Positions 8,255 through 16,351 of a stretch of DNA of 44,552 nucleotides are shown here, piece by piece (the first letter of the stretch is position 1; each line of letters begins with the position of its first letter). The stretch is from an uncultured Acidimicrobiaceae bacterium (GTDB taxonomy: Bacteria; Actinomycetota; Acidimicrobiia; Acidimicrobiales; CAYSAC01), in NCBI GenBank assembly GCA_964428815.1, contig CAYSAC010000003.1:1-44552 (forward strand). The letters run 5' to 3'. The notes below the pieces were generated by a model. The model was given only the letters and a program-made list of their open reading frames with translations. It was not told the DNA's origin and ran no database searches. The translations under genes were made by a program, and so were the position numbers.

Positions 8255-10383
8255 ACGTGGCTGTCACGCTCGACCCGACGGACATCCGAACCGCTGATGC
8301 CCCCCTGCGCGTGCCTGCCGAGTGGCGCCCCAATGCGCTGCTTGGTGTCGTCGCCATCGCGGTCGCGGTGGTCGCCGCCAGCATCGCCGGCCACGACGGC
8401 TTCGCTCCCGAGGAGATCCTGCGCGTCGTGCTCGTGGCGGCGTGGGCCATCGCCGGCATGCTGCTGGTCACCCGCTCCCCCCTCAGCCACCTCGGCAGCG
8501 CGATCCTGGCCGCGTCGGTCCTGGGTGCGGCGGCCACACTCGGTGCAGCCGGGCTCGCCGACGGCTGGACCGGGACCGGGAAGACCGCGGCGACCGCCGC
8601 AGAGCACCTGGGCCTCACGCTCATGCTCGCCGCGGGGTTGCACGTGCTGCTCGGGCTGCCTCGCGGCCACCTCGACACCCGGCCCCGCCGCACGACCGCG
8701 GTGATCGGCTATGGCGTCGCCCTCGTCGCGGGTCTCGCCCTGTGGGCCACCGACGCCGGCGCGACCGCGGTGGTGTGCTGGATCGGATGGGCCATCGTCG
8801 CCGCACTTGGACTGCCCGGGGCGCACCGGCGCTACCTCGACTCCGCTGGCGCTGATCGCCAGCGGATGCAGTGGCTCGGGTGCGGCATAGCCGTCGTGGT
8901 CGAGGCCGTCCTCGTCATCGGCGCGCTCAACGTCCTCGTCGGGTGGCCGCCCGAGTCCATGGTGGTCGCCGGCGCGATGACCTTGCTGCTGCCGATGTCC
9001 CTCGCCGCTGGCGCGTCCGCCAAGCTGGTGACGCGCGTCGACCGCTTGCTGGTGCACACGGTCTCCGTCGCCGGCCTCACCACCGTCGTCGTGTCGGTGT
9101 ACGTCGTCATCGTGCTGGGGCTCGGCCAGGTGCCGGGTGAGGACGAGCGGCACCTGCTCGTCCTGTCGATGGCGGCCGCCGGCGTTGCGACCTTGCTGTA
9201 CGTCCCCGCCCGCACTCGCCTGTCCGAGGCGGCCAACCGGCTCGTGTACGGCGAGCGCCAGGCGCCGGACGAGGTGCTGCGGACGTTCGGCACGCGCTTG
9301 ACCCGCGCCATCCCGATGGACGAGCTGCTGCTGCAGCTCGTCGAGTCCCTGCGCAAGACCATGGCGCTGCGCCGGGCCGAGGTCTGGACGGGCAACGGCG
9401 GCAGGCTCGAGCGGTCCGTGTCGGTCCCCGACGCGGGCGAGGGCTCGCTGCAGGTCGGTGCCAAGGAGCTGCCGGTCGTGACCCGCGCCGGCGTGTCCGG
9501 CAACGCGTGGCTCACCATCTGGCTACCGGCGCTGCTCGCCGACCGGCCGGACAGCCAGCTGCGCGTCGCTTCGATCACCCACTCCGGCGAGCTGCTGGGC
9601 CTGATCGTCGCCGAGCGCGCCGCGGAGGGCGACCTGTTCACCGAGGAGGACGACCGCGTCATGGCCGAGCTGGCGCGCCAGGTCGGGTTGGCGCTCCACA
9701 ACGTGCAGCTCGACTCCGCTCTGCAGGCGTCGCTCGACGAGGTTCGACGCCAGGCCGAAGAGCTGCGCGCGTCCCGCTCCCGCATCGTCGCCACCGCCGA
9801 CGCCGAGCGTCGCAAGATCGAACGGAACCTGCACGACGGCGCGCAGCAGCACCTCGTCGCCCTCGCGGTGAACTTGCGGCTCACGAAGGACATCCTGACC
9901 GACGACCCCGAGGCCGCCGCCGAGATGCTCGAGATGCTCGCCGAGAGCGTGAAGGACACGATCCAGGAGCTGCGGGACCTGGCTCATGGCATCTACCCGC
10001 CGCTGCTCATCGACAGCGGTCTGGTCGAGGCGCTGCGCGCCGCCGCCAACCGCAGCACGCTGTCGGTCGCCGTCGACGCCGACGGCATCGGCCGCTACGG
10101 CACCGAGATCGAGGCTGCGCTCTACTTCTGCTGCCTCGAGGCGCTCCAGAACGCGGGCAAGCACGCGCCCCAGGCCGAGGTGCGCGTCCGAGTAACCGAG
10201 CAGGACGGGGTGCTGCGCTTCGAGGTCGTCGACAACGGCCCCGGGTTCGACGCCGCGCTCGTGACCCAAGGCCACGGGTTCGTCAACATGAGCGACCGGC
10301 TCGGCGCCATCGGCGGCACCGTCCGCTGGGAGTCGACGCCGGGCGAGGGCACCACGATCAGCGGCTCGGTCCCCGTCAGCTGA
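8251..10383 (+). CDS. Sensor histidine kinase, NarL/DesK class (multi-TM N-terminus, GAF-like middle, HisKA_3 plus HATPase_c)
   Basis: GTG at 8251 overlaps the permease TGA at 8252-8254. About 300 aa of hydrophobic helices come first. The H-box is ERRKIERNLHDGAQQHLVAL. The N-box is EALQNAGKHA. The G-boxes are DNGPGF and GHGFVNMSDRLGAIGG. Confidence 0.9.
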   Translation: MNVAVTLDPTDIRTADAPLRVPAEWRPNALLGVVAIAVAVVAASIAGHDGFAPEEILRVVLVAAWAIAGMLLVTRSPLSHLGSAILAASVLGAAATLGAAGLADGWTGTGKTAATAAEHLGLTLMLAAGLHVLLGLPRGHLDTRPRRTTAVIGYGVALVAGLALWATDAGATAVVCWIGWAIVAALGLPGAHRRYLDSAGADRQRMQWLGCGIAVVVEAVLVIGALNVLVGWPPESMVVAGAMTLLLPMSLAAGASAKLVTRVDRLLVHTVSVAGLTTVVVSVYVVIVLGLGQVPGEDERHLLVLSMAAAGVATLLYVPARTRLSEAANRLVYGERQAPDEVLRTFGTRLTRAIPMDELLLQLVESLRKTMALRRAEVWTGNGGRLERSVSVPDAGEGSLQVGAKELPVVTRAGVSGNAWLTIWLPALLADRPDSQLRVASITHSGELLGLIVAERAAEGDLFTEEDDRVMAELARQVGLALHNVQLDSALQASLDEVRRQAEELRASRSRIVATADAERRKIERNLHDGAQQHLVALAVNLRLTKDILTDDPEAAAEMLEMLAESVKDTIQELRDLAHGIYPPLLIDSGLVEALRAAANRSTLSVAVDADGIGRYGTEIEAALYFCCLEALQNAGKHAPQAEVRVRVTEQDGVLRFEVVDNGPGFDAALVTQGHGFVNMSDRLGAIGGTVRWESTPGEGTTISGSVPVS

Positions 10384-10401
10384 CCCGCAAGAATGGTGTG
10401 G

Positions 10402-10803
10402 TTACGCCGTCGCCAGGCCTTCGACGGGGTCGGCTCGCTCGTCCCAGAGGCGGCGCAGGACCTCGGGGCCCATGGCCTCCTTGTTCACATAGGCGCGGGC
10501 GCCGCTCATGGGCGCGTCGGGCGGGAGGTCGGACAGCTGGTAGGTCGAGCACAGGAACACGACCGTGCCTGGCAGCGCCGCGACGATCTGGCGGGTGGCC
10601 TCGATGCCGTTGATGCCCGGCATGTTGATGTCCATCAGCACGAGGTCGGGGTGCAGGTCGACAGCCATGTCGACGCCTTCCTCACCGGTCGCTGCCTCCC
10701 CGATGATCTCGAAGCCTGGCGCGCGCTTCACCACGTTCCGGGCCGCGAAGCGGAACGGCGCTTGGTCGTCGACGACGAGCACCTGCACGGCAGCCTCCTC
10801 CAT
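10402..10803 (-). CDS. Stand-alone response-regulator receiver (REC) domain protein
   Basis: ATG at 10803 (MEEAAVQVLVVDDQ...). REC signature residues are present: VVDD, LVLMDINMPG, CST and YVNKE. The protein is 133 aa with no output domain. The 336-aa track ORF is an in-frame read-through into the LuxR gene region and is low-complexity there. Confidence 0.75.
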   Translation of the reverse strand: MEEAAVQVLVVDDQAPFRFAARNVVKRAPGFEIIGEAATGEEGVDMAVDLHPDLVLMDINMPGINGIEATRQIVAALPGTVVFLCSTYQLSDLPPDAPMSGARAYVNKEAMGPEVLRRLWDERADPVEGLATA

Positions 10804-10870
10804 GATGCGCTCATGGTCGCGCCGACGGCCCGCTCTGCCCAGGATGGGGCCAGGCGCGCGGGAGGTGTGG

Positions 10871-11545
10871 CTACCCTCCCCCAGCCCGCTGCTCGGCCAG
10901 CCAGAGCAGCACGGCCTTGACCCGCCGGTTGAGGTCCTTCTCCTCCGAGAGCCCCAGCTTGGAGAAGATCGAGTTGGAGTGCTTCTCGACGGCCCGTTCG
11001 CTGAGGACGAGCGCTGCGGCGATGGCCGCGTTGCTCTTGCCCTGGGCCATCTCACCGAGGATCTCGCGCTCACGCGCCGTGAGCCGGTCGAGGTCGGTCG
11101 GCGCGCTGCGGGCGTTCGCGGACACGAGCTGCTCGACGACGCGGGGATCGATGACCGAGCCGCCATCGGCGACCGTGCGGATGGCGTCGAGCAGGTCGTC
11201 GACGTCGCTGACCCGCTCCTTGAGCAGGTAGGCGCGGCCGGCCGAGCCCTCCGACAGCAGCGCGATTGCGTAGGACGGCTCCGCGTACTGGCTGAGGACG
11301 ACGACGCCGATGGACGGGTTCGAGGCGCGCAGGTGGTTCGCGGCTTGGATGCCCTCATCGGTGCCGGTGGGCGGCATGCGGATGTCGGTGAGGACGACAT
11401 CGGGCTTGGCATCGTCGATGAGGGCGAGCAAGGACGGAAGGTCGTCGGCCATGCCGACCAGCTCGAGGTCGTCCTCGCGGTCGATGACGCGGGCGATGCC
11501 CTCCCGGAGCAGCACGTTGTCCTCAGCCAGAACGACTCTCAGCAC
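10871..11545 (-). CDS. LuxR/NarL-family response regulator (REC plus HTH_LuxR)
   Basis: VLRVVLAEDN, DVVLTDIRMP and the LuxR HTH LTAREREILGEMAQGKSNAAIAAALVLSERAVEKHSNSIFSKLG. I chose the GTG at 11545. ATG at 11578 is an alternative, but it would overlap the divergent gene start at 11577. The track start at 11839 adds non-protein-like sequence. Confidence 0.85.
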   Translation of the reverse strand: MLRVVLAEDNVLLREGIARVIDREDDLELVGMADDLPSLLALIDDAKPDVVLTDIRMPPTGTDEGIQAANHLRASNPSIGVVVLSQYAEPSYAIALLSEGSAGRAYLLKERVSDVDDLLDAIRTVADGGSVIDPRVVEQLVSANARSAPTDLDRLTAREREILGEMAQGKSNAAIAAALVLSERAVEKHSNSIFSKLGLSEEKDLNRRVKAVLLWLAEQRAGGG

Positions 11546-11576
11546 GGCTCCACGGTAGTTGTGGTAGCCACGCCCC

Positions 11577-12008
11577 ATGACCGACGCGACCGCACCGCTC
11601 CAGCTCGTGCCCCTCGCAACGATGGTTGCCCAGCTGCGCGACCCGTTCCTCCTGCCTGGCACGCCCGCCGGCACCCGAGTGATCTTCGAGGTCGAGAGCG
11701 CCAACGTCACCGGCGACCGGCTCAACGGGACGATGAAGGGCCAAGCCGCCGCCGACTGGCTGGCAATCGGTCCTGACGGCACCGGCTCGCTCGACGTGCG
11801 CTCGCTGCTCGAGACCGACGACGGCGCGCTCGTGTTCATCCACTACACGGGCCGCGTCGACACGTCCGTCCCGGGCTCGCCGGTCTACGCGACGCCGCGC
11901 TTCGACACCGGTGACGAGCGCTACGCCTGGCTCAACAAGGTGCAAGCGGTGGGCAAGGGCAGCCTCGACGGCCAGACCCTCACCTACCAGCTCTACGAGC
12001 TCGTTTAG
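11577..12008 (+). CDS. DUF3237 (UPF0311) family protein
   Basis: The sequence pattern GTRVIFEV..G.VTGDRLNG....AADWL...PDG...LDVR.LLETDDGALVFI.YTGR...RFDTGDERYAWLN is typical of DUF3237 beta-barrel proteins. Confidence 0.6.
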   Translation: MTDATAPLQLVPLATMVAQLRDPFLLPGTPAGTRVIFEVESANVTGDRLNGTMKGQAAADWLAIGPDGTGSLDVRSLLETDDGALVFIHYTGRVDTSVPGSPVYATPRFDTGDERYAWLNKVQAVGKGSLDGQTLTYQLYELV

Positions 12009-12754
12009 ACGTCCACGACGAGGGTCGCCTCGCGCCAGTCGGGCAGCTCGGCCGAGATCGACCCGTCCGGGCGGATCAGCGCTCCCCATCCAGGAAAGTC
12101 TTCGTCTTCGGTCGCGCCGCTCTGCGTTGCCACCGCGATGGCCAGCCCGTGGGCGACGGCCTTGGGCTGGAGGTCGCCCAGCGCCGCGCCTCGCCACCAG
12201 TCGAACCCGGCCTGCCAGCTGGCCTCATCGGTTCGCCGGCCGTGCAGGCCCGGTGCCGCGCTGACGAGCACCGCGCTCGCGCCGGCCGCCACCGCGTCGG
12301 CGAACGGCGCGTCAGCCTGCGTCTCGGCGCAGATTGCGAGCCCGACGAGCGTCCCGTTCAGATCCGCCACTGCCGCTCCCGGTGTAGCAGCAGTGAACCA
12401 CTCCTCGCCCTCACCCAAGTGGCGCTTGCGCTGCACCGCGACGACCTCGCCACCGGTTGCGACGACCTGGGCGATGCCGAAGCCCTCCGGCGAGAGCCGC
12501 TCGGTGATGCCGAAGATGGCCGCCACCCCTGATTCTCGCGTCGCCGCGACCATCCACCGGACGTGGTCGTCATCGAGGGCCAGCGCAGCGCGGTAGCCGA
12601 CCGCTTGCGTTAGGTAGCCCGTGAGCGACATCTCGGGGAAGAGGACGGCGTCGGCGCCAGCGTCGGCCGCACGCCGCAGCTCGACCCGATGCCGCTCGAG
12701 GTTCTGGTCGACCGCTCCCTTGATGCAGCGGATGCAGGCGAGCGCCAGCCTCAC
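12005..12754 (-). CDS. Carbon-nitrogen hydrolase (nitrilase superfamily) protein
   Basis: Candidate E-K-C catalytic triad context: LFPEMSLTGY, VQRKRHLG and GLAICAE. The GTG start lies 1 nt after the P450 stop. Confidence 0.8.
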   Translation of the reverse strand: MRLALACIRCIKGAVDQNLERHRVELRRAADAGADAVLFPEMSLTGYLTQAVGYRAALALDDDHVRWMVAATRESGVAAIFGITERLSPEGFGIAQVVATGGEVVAVQRKRHLGEGEEWFTAATPGAAVADLNGTLVGLAICAETQADAPFADAVAAGASAVLVSAAPGLHGRRTDEASWQAGFDWWRGAALGDLQPKAVAHGLAIAVATQSGATEDEDFPGWGALIRPDGSISAELPDWREATLVVDV

Positions 12755-12755
12755 C

Positions 12756-14018
12756 TCACGTCACTGGCGTGAACGATGCCCGCATCCGCTTGATGCCGTG
12801 GATGAACGGCGACAGCAGCATCTCCGGCTCGCCCGTGACCTCGATGTCCGGCAGGCGCCGGAACAGCTCCTCGAACACCACCCTGATCTCGCGCCGTGCC
12901 AGGTTGGCGCCCAGACAGAAGTGCGGCCCGCCGCCGCCGAAGCCGAGGTGCTCGTTCGGTGTGCGGCGCACGTCGAACCGGTAGGGGTCGTCGAACACGG
13001 TCTCGTCGCGGTTGGCCGAGCTGTACCAGAGGACGACCTTGTCGCCGGCCTTGATCTCCTGGCCGTTGATGATGGTGTCCTCGGTCGCGGTGCGCCGGAA
13101 GTGGATGACCGGCGTCGCCCACCGCACGATCTCCTCGACCGCGGTCGGCGCCACGCCATCGACGTCGTCCTGCCAGATCTTGCGCTGGTCGGGGTGGTCG
13201 GTGAGCGCCTTCAGGCCGTGGCTGATCGCGTTGCGCGTCGTCTCGTTACCGGCCGCGACGAGCAGCACGAAGAACGAGCCGTACTCGGCGGCCGTCAGCC
13301 GCTCGCCCTCGACCTCGGCGTGCATGAGGGCGGACGTGATGTCGTCGTGGTCCTCGGGATGCTTCAGGACCTCGGCGCCGAGCTCCTGCGCGTAGTTCCA
13401 GAGCTGCCAGCCCGCGGTGAACGCGGCCTCGATCGTCGCGCCGTACTCAGGGTCGCCGGCGCCGAGGAGGATGTTCGTGTTCTCGAAGACGAACTGGTAG
13501 TCCGCCGGCGGGATGCCCATCATCTGGCAGATGATCTCGAGCGGCAGTGCGGCCGCGATCTCGGTGACGAAGTCGACCTCACCCTTGTCAGCGACACGGT
13601 CGACGATGTCCTTGGCGAGCGACCGCACGCTCTCCTCGATGCGGGCGACGCTGCGCGGCGTGAACCCGCGGTTGACGATCAGCCGCATCTTCGTGTGCTT
13701 TGGCGCGTCCATGTTGATCATCGAGCCGAGGAACTCGGTGACCTCTGGAGGCATATCCGGGATGTTCGTTCCCCGACCGGAGATGAAGAGCTCGGGGTTG
13801 CGGCTCACGTGCATCACGTCGGCGTAGGTGACGAGCGACCAGTAGCCAGGGCCCTTCGGGAAGGCCTCGAACTCGGGCTCCTCGTGCCACGACACGGGCT
13901 TCTCGGCTCGGAGCTTCGCGAAGATCGCCTCTCGGTCGTTCCGCTCCCAGATCGTCGGGTCGCCGAACTGGATGTCGTCGACGTCGAGGTCGGTGTCGAG
14001 CTGCACCGCGCCAGTCAA
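12756..14018 (-). CDS. Cytochrome P450 (CYP124/125/142-like clade; clade assigned by eye only)
   Basis: Heme-binding loop FGGGGPHFCLGANLAR, I-helix AAGNETTRN, an ExxR motif, and MINMDAPKHTKMR. The start is uncertain: TTG at 14018 or GTG at 14006. Confidence 0.93.
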   Translation of the reverse strand: MTGAVQLDTDLDVDDIQFGDPTIWERNDREAIFAKLRAEKPVSWHEEPEFEAFPKGPGYWSLVTYADVMHVSRNPELFISGRGTNIPDMPPEVTEFLGSMINMDAPKHTKMRLIVNRGFTPRSVARIEESVRSLAKDIVDRVADKGEVDFVTEIAAALPLEIICQMMGIPPADYQFVFENTNILLGAGDPEYGATIEAAFTAGWQLWNYAQELGAEVLKHPEDHDDITSALMHAEVEGERLTAAEYGSFFVLLVAAGNETTRNAISHGLKALTDHPDQRKIWQDDVDGVAPTAVEEIVRWATPVIHFRRTATEDTIINGQEIKAGDKVVLWYSSANRDETVFDDPYRFDVRRTPNEHLGFGGGGPHFCLGANLARREIRVVFEELFRRLPDIEVTGEPEMLLSPFIHGIKRMRASFTPVT

Positions 14019-14064
14019 GCACGGTGATGTCCGGAGGGCCTAGCCGCCCTCCTAGGCTTCCCGG

Positions 14065-14586
14065 ATGCCTCGCCGTCTCCTCTGCTGCGCCGCGGTCGGA
14101 CTCATCGTCCTCGCAGGTGCGTGCGGTGGTGGAGGAGCGGACAAGCCCGAGCTCGCCGGCGTGGAGGTTGTTCACGTCGACGGCAACGACCACACCGACG
14201 CGGAGGTCGATTACGGCCGCACGCCGCCGGCGGGCGGTCCGCACAACCGCGCGTGGGTCAACTGCGGGTTCTATGCCGACGAGGTGCCGGAGGAGATGGC
14301 GGTGCACTCCCTCGAGCACGGCGCGGTCTGGATCGCCTACGACCCTGAGCTCAACGACGACGACGTCGAGGTCCTCCACGACCTCGCCCGCGCCGACGAC
14401 AAGCTGCTCGTCAGTCCGGTCGAGGGGATGGGCTCGCCAGTCGTGGCGACCGCATGGGCGCGCCAGCTCGAGCTCGAGGCCGTCGACGATGCGCGGCTCG
14501 CACAGTTCATCGCGCGCTACCGCGACGCCAACGCCCCAGAGAACGGTGGACCGTGCAGCGGCGGGCTCGGCGAGCCCATTCCGTAG
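14065..14586 (+). CDS. DUF3105 domain protein, secreted or lipoprotein
   Basis: N-terminal hydrophobic signal ending in AGAC. DUF3105 pattern: YGRTPPAGGPH, VHSLEHGAVWIAY, ATAWARQLE and a C-terminal PENG. Confidence 0.6.
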   Translation: MPRRLLCCAAVGLIVLAGACGGGGADKPELAGVEVVHVDGNDHTDAEVDYGRTPPAGGPHNRAWVNCGFYADEVPEEMAVHSLEHGAVWIAYDPELNDDDVEVLHDLARADDKLLVSPVEGMGSPVVATAWARQLELEAVDDARLAQFIARYRDANAPENGGPCSGGLGEPIP

Positions 14587-14589
14587 CCC

Positions 14590-15315
14590 CTAGATGCGGA
14601 AGCCGTCCCGCCAGCGGCCGAGGATGGCATCGTCGCCGAACACCTCGAGGTGTTCGGTGTCCGCACGGTTCCACAGCAACAGCAGGAGGTCCGAGGCGGC
14701 GCCGCGGGCGGCGACGTCTGCCTTGAGGTGACCGTGCTCCCATCGGAGGCCGTCGGGGCCGAGGGTGATCAGCCACTCCCCGTCGGTGTCGGCCGCGTGC
14801 AGGTGGATGGTCTCGCCGCCTCCCGCCAGAGCCTCATGTGGCAAGGCTGGCACGAACACCTCCAACACCTCGTCGACGCCGTCGACGGCGAGCGCGGTGT
14901 CGATGGGCGACGCCGCGTCGTGCGCCGCCTGCCCGTCCCATCGGTGTACCGCTGTCTCCTGTGCGATGCGGCGGAACACCCACCGGGCCGGGTGCTCGCC
15001 CGCCCAGGTCTGCACGATCCGGTCGGGGTCGGTGCGCTCGAGCGCAGCGAGGACGGTTCCGGCCATCTCCTCGAACCACGGCACGACCTCGTCTCCTGAC
15101 GGCGGCTCGGGTGCGTCCCGGAAGCGGACCTTCTCGTCGAGCTTGGCGTTCAACAGCAGGGTGAACCACTGGTGCACCTGTCCGACGTGGCCGACGAGAT
15201 CACCGACGGTCCAGCCCGGGCAAGCGTCGATCGGGGCGTCGAGCCCGGTGCGCCCGGCGGCGGCGAGCGCCGTGCTGTCGCGGCGGATGCTGTCGAGGTA
15301 GTCGGCGATGTCCAC
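14590..15315 (-). CDS. Maleylpyruvate isomerase family, mycothiol-dependent (DinB-like) protein
   Basis: GTG at 15315 (VDIADYLDSIRRDS...). Motifs CPGWTVGDLVGHVG and ETAVHRWD. The 547-aa track ORF fuses this gene with the antisense strand of corA. Confidence 0.7.
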   Translation of the reverse strand: MDIADYLDSIRRDSTALAAAGRTGLDAPIDACPGWTVGDLVGHVGQVHQWFTLLLNAKLDEKVRFRDAPEPPSGDEVVPWFEEMAGTVLAALERTDPDRIVQTWAGEHPARWVFRRIAQETAVHRWDGQAAHDAASPIDTALAVDGVDEVLEVFVPALPHEALAGGGETIHLHAADTDGEWLITLGPDGLRWEHGHLKADVAARGAASDLLLLLWNRADTEHLEVFGDDAILGRWRDGFRI

Positions 15316-15351
15316 GAGCGGAGTCTGCCGCCACCGCCCGGCGCGGGCACA

Positions 15352-16338
15352 ATGGCTTGCGTGATCGTTGACCTCGCCGTCTATCGCGATGGCAAGCGGG
15401 CTCCCGGCAAGCTCGACCTGCAGGAGGCGTTCGAGGCTGGCCGCGAGGACGGGGCGTTCGTGTGGATCGGGCTCCACGAGCCGAGCCACGAGGAGTTCGC
15501 CGCGGTCGCGGACGAGTTCATGCTCCACCCGCTCGCGGTCGAAGACGCCGTTCACGCCCACCAGCGGCCCAAGCTCGAGGTGTACGGCGACAGCATGTTC
15601 GTCGTCGTGAAGACCGCTCGCTACGTCGAGCACGACGACGACGAGGCCATCGAGTTCGCGGAGATCCAGCTTTTCATCGGTGATGGCTTCGTCGTCACGG
15701 TTCGCCATGGGGAGGCCAGCGAGCTGGCCGAGGTCCGTCGCCACCTCGAGTCCAGGCCCGACCTGCTGAGCTGCGGACCGCTGGCCGTGCTCCACGCCGT
15801 CCTCGACCGGGTCGTCGACGACTACGAGCCCGTGCTCGACGAGATCGACCGCGACCTGGTGGAGATCGAGGCCGAGGTCTTCTCCGACAATCGGAGCAAC
15901 CCGGCACGCCGCATCTACCGGCTCAAGCGCCAGGTGCTGGATCTCTACCGCAACACCGAGCCGCTGCTCGAGCCGATGGCCCGCCTCGTGGCTGGCAAGT
16001 CGCCGTTCAACCACGCCGAGCTGGCCGAGTACTTCCGCGACGTCGACGACCACCTCCGCCGGGAGGTTGCCCGCGTCGAGGTGATGCGCGACCTGCTGTC
16101 GGACGCAGTGCTGGTGAACCTCGCGCACATCTCGGTCCAGCAGAACGACGACATGCGCAAGATCTCCGCCGGCGCCGCGATCATCGCGGTCCCGACCATG
16201 CTCGCCGGCATCTGGGGGATGAACTTCGTGCACATGCCCGAGCTGAACGAGTGGTGGGGCTACCCCGCCGCGCTGTTGCTCATCGCCACGGCCTGCTACG
16301 GCGTGTACCTCCGCGCCAAGAACGCGGGTTGGCTCTAG
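15352..16338 (+). CDS. corA: Magnesium/cobalt transporter CorA
   Basis: GMN motif (IWGMNFVHMPEL) ahead of the last TM helix. The N-terminal cytoplasmic domain is CorA-like. I chose ATG at 15352; GTG at 15361 is an alternative. Confidence 0.9.
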   Translation: MACVIVDLAVYRDGKRAPGKLDLQEAFEAGREDGAFVWIGLHEPSHEEFAAVADEFMLHPLAVEDAVHAHQRPKLEVYGDSMFVVVKTARYVEHDDDEAIEFAEIQLFIGDGFVVTVRHGEASELAEVRRHLESRPDLLSCGPLAVLHAVLDRVVDDYEPVLDEIDRDLVEIEAEVFSDNRSNPARRIYRLKRQVLDLYRNTEPLLEPMARLVAGKSPFNHAELAEYFRDVDDHLRREVARVEVMRDLLSDAVLVNLAHISVQQNDDMRKISAGAAIIAVPTMLAGIWGMNFVHMPELNEWWGYPAALLLIATACYGVYLRAKNAGWL

Positions 16339-16351
16339 CGACTCAGGTCGT

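Noticed and set aside
15316-15351. Possible Mg-sensing riboswitch (M-box) or other leader upstream of corA.
   Set aside because: Only 36 nt separate the divergent starts. That is far too short for an M-box aptamer, and no conserved M-box sequence elements are visible.
14590-16233. 547-aa ORF that appears to fuse a large N-terminal domain to the DinB-like protein. Analogous giant track ORFs: 16658..19492, 17426..19399, 19500..21299, 22954..24135, 10402..11412, 41000..42112.
   Set aside because: In each case only the C-terminal part looks like protein, and it begins at an internal ATG or GTG. The N-terminal part is antisense to, or out of frame with, a neighbouring real gene (corA, the YibE/F gene, the IMPase gene, zur, the LuxR gene, the HK). 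I trimmed them to the internal starts listed under features.
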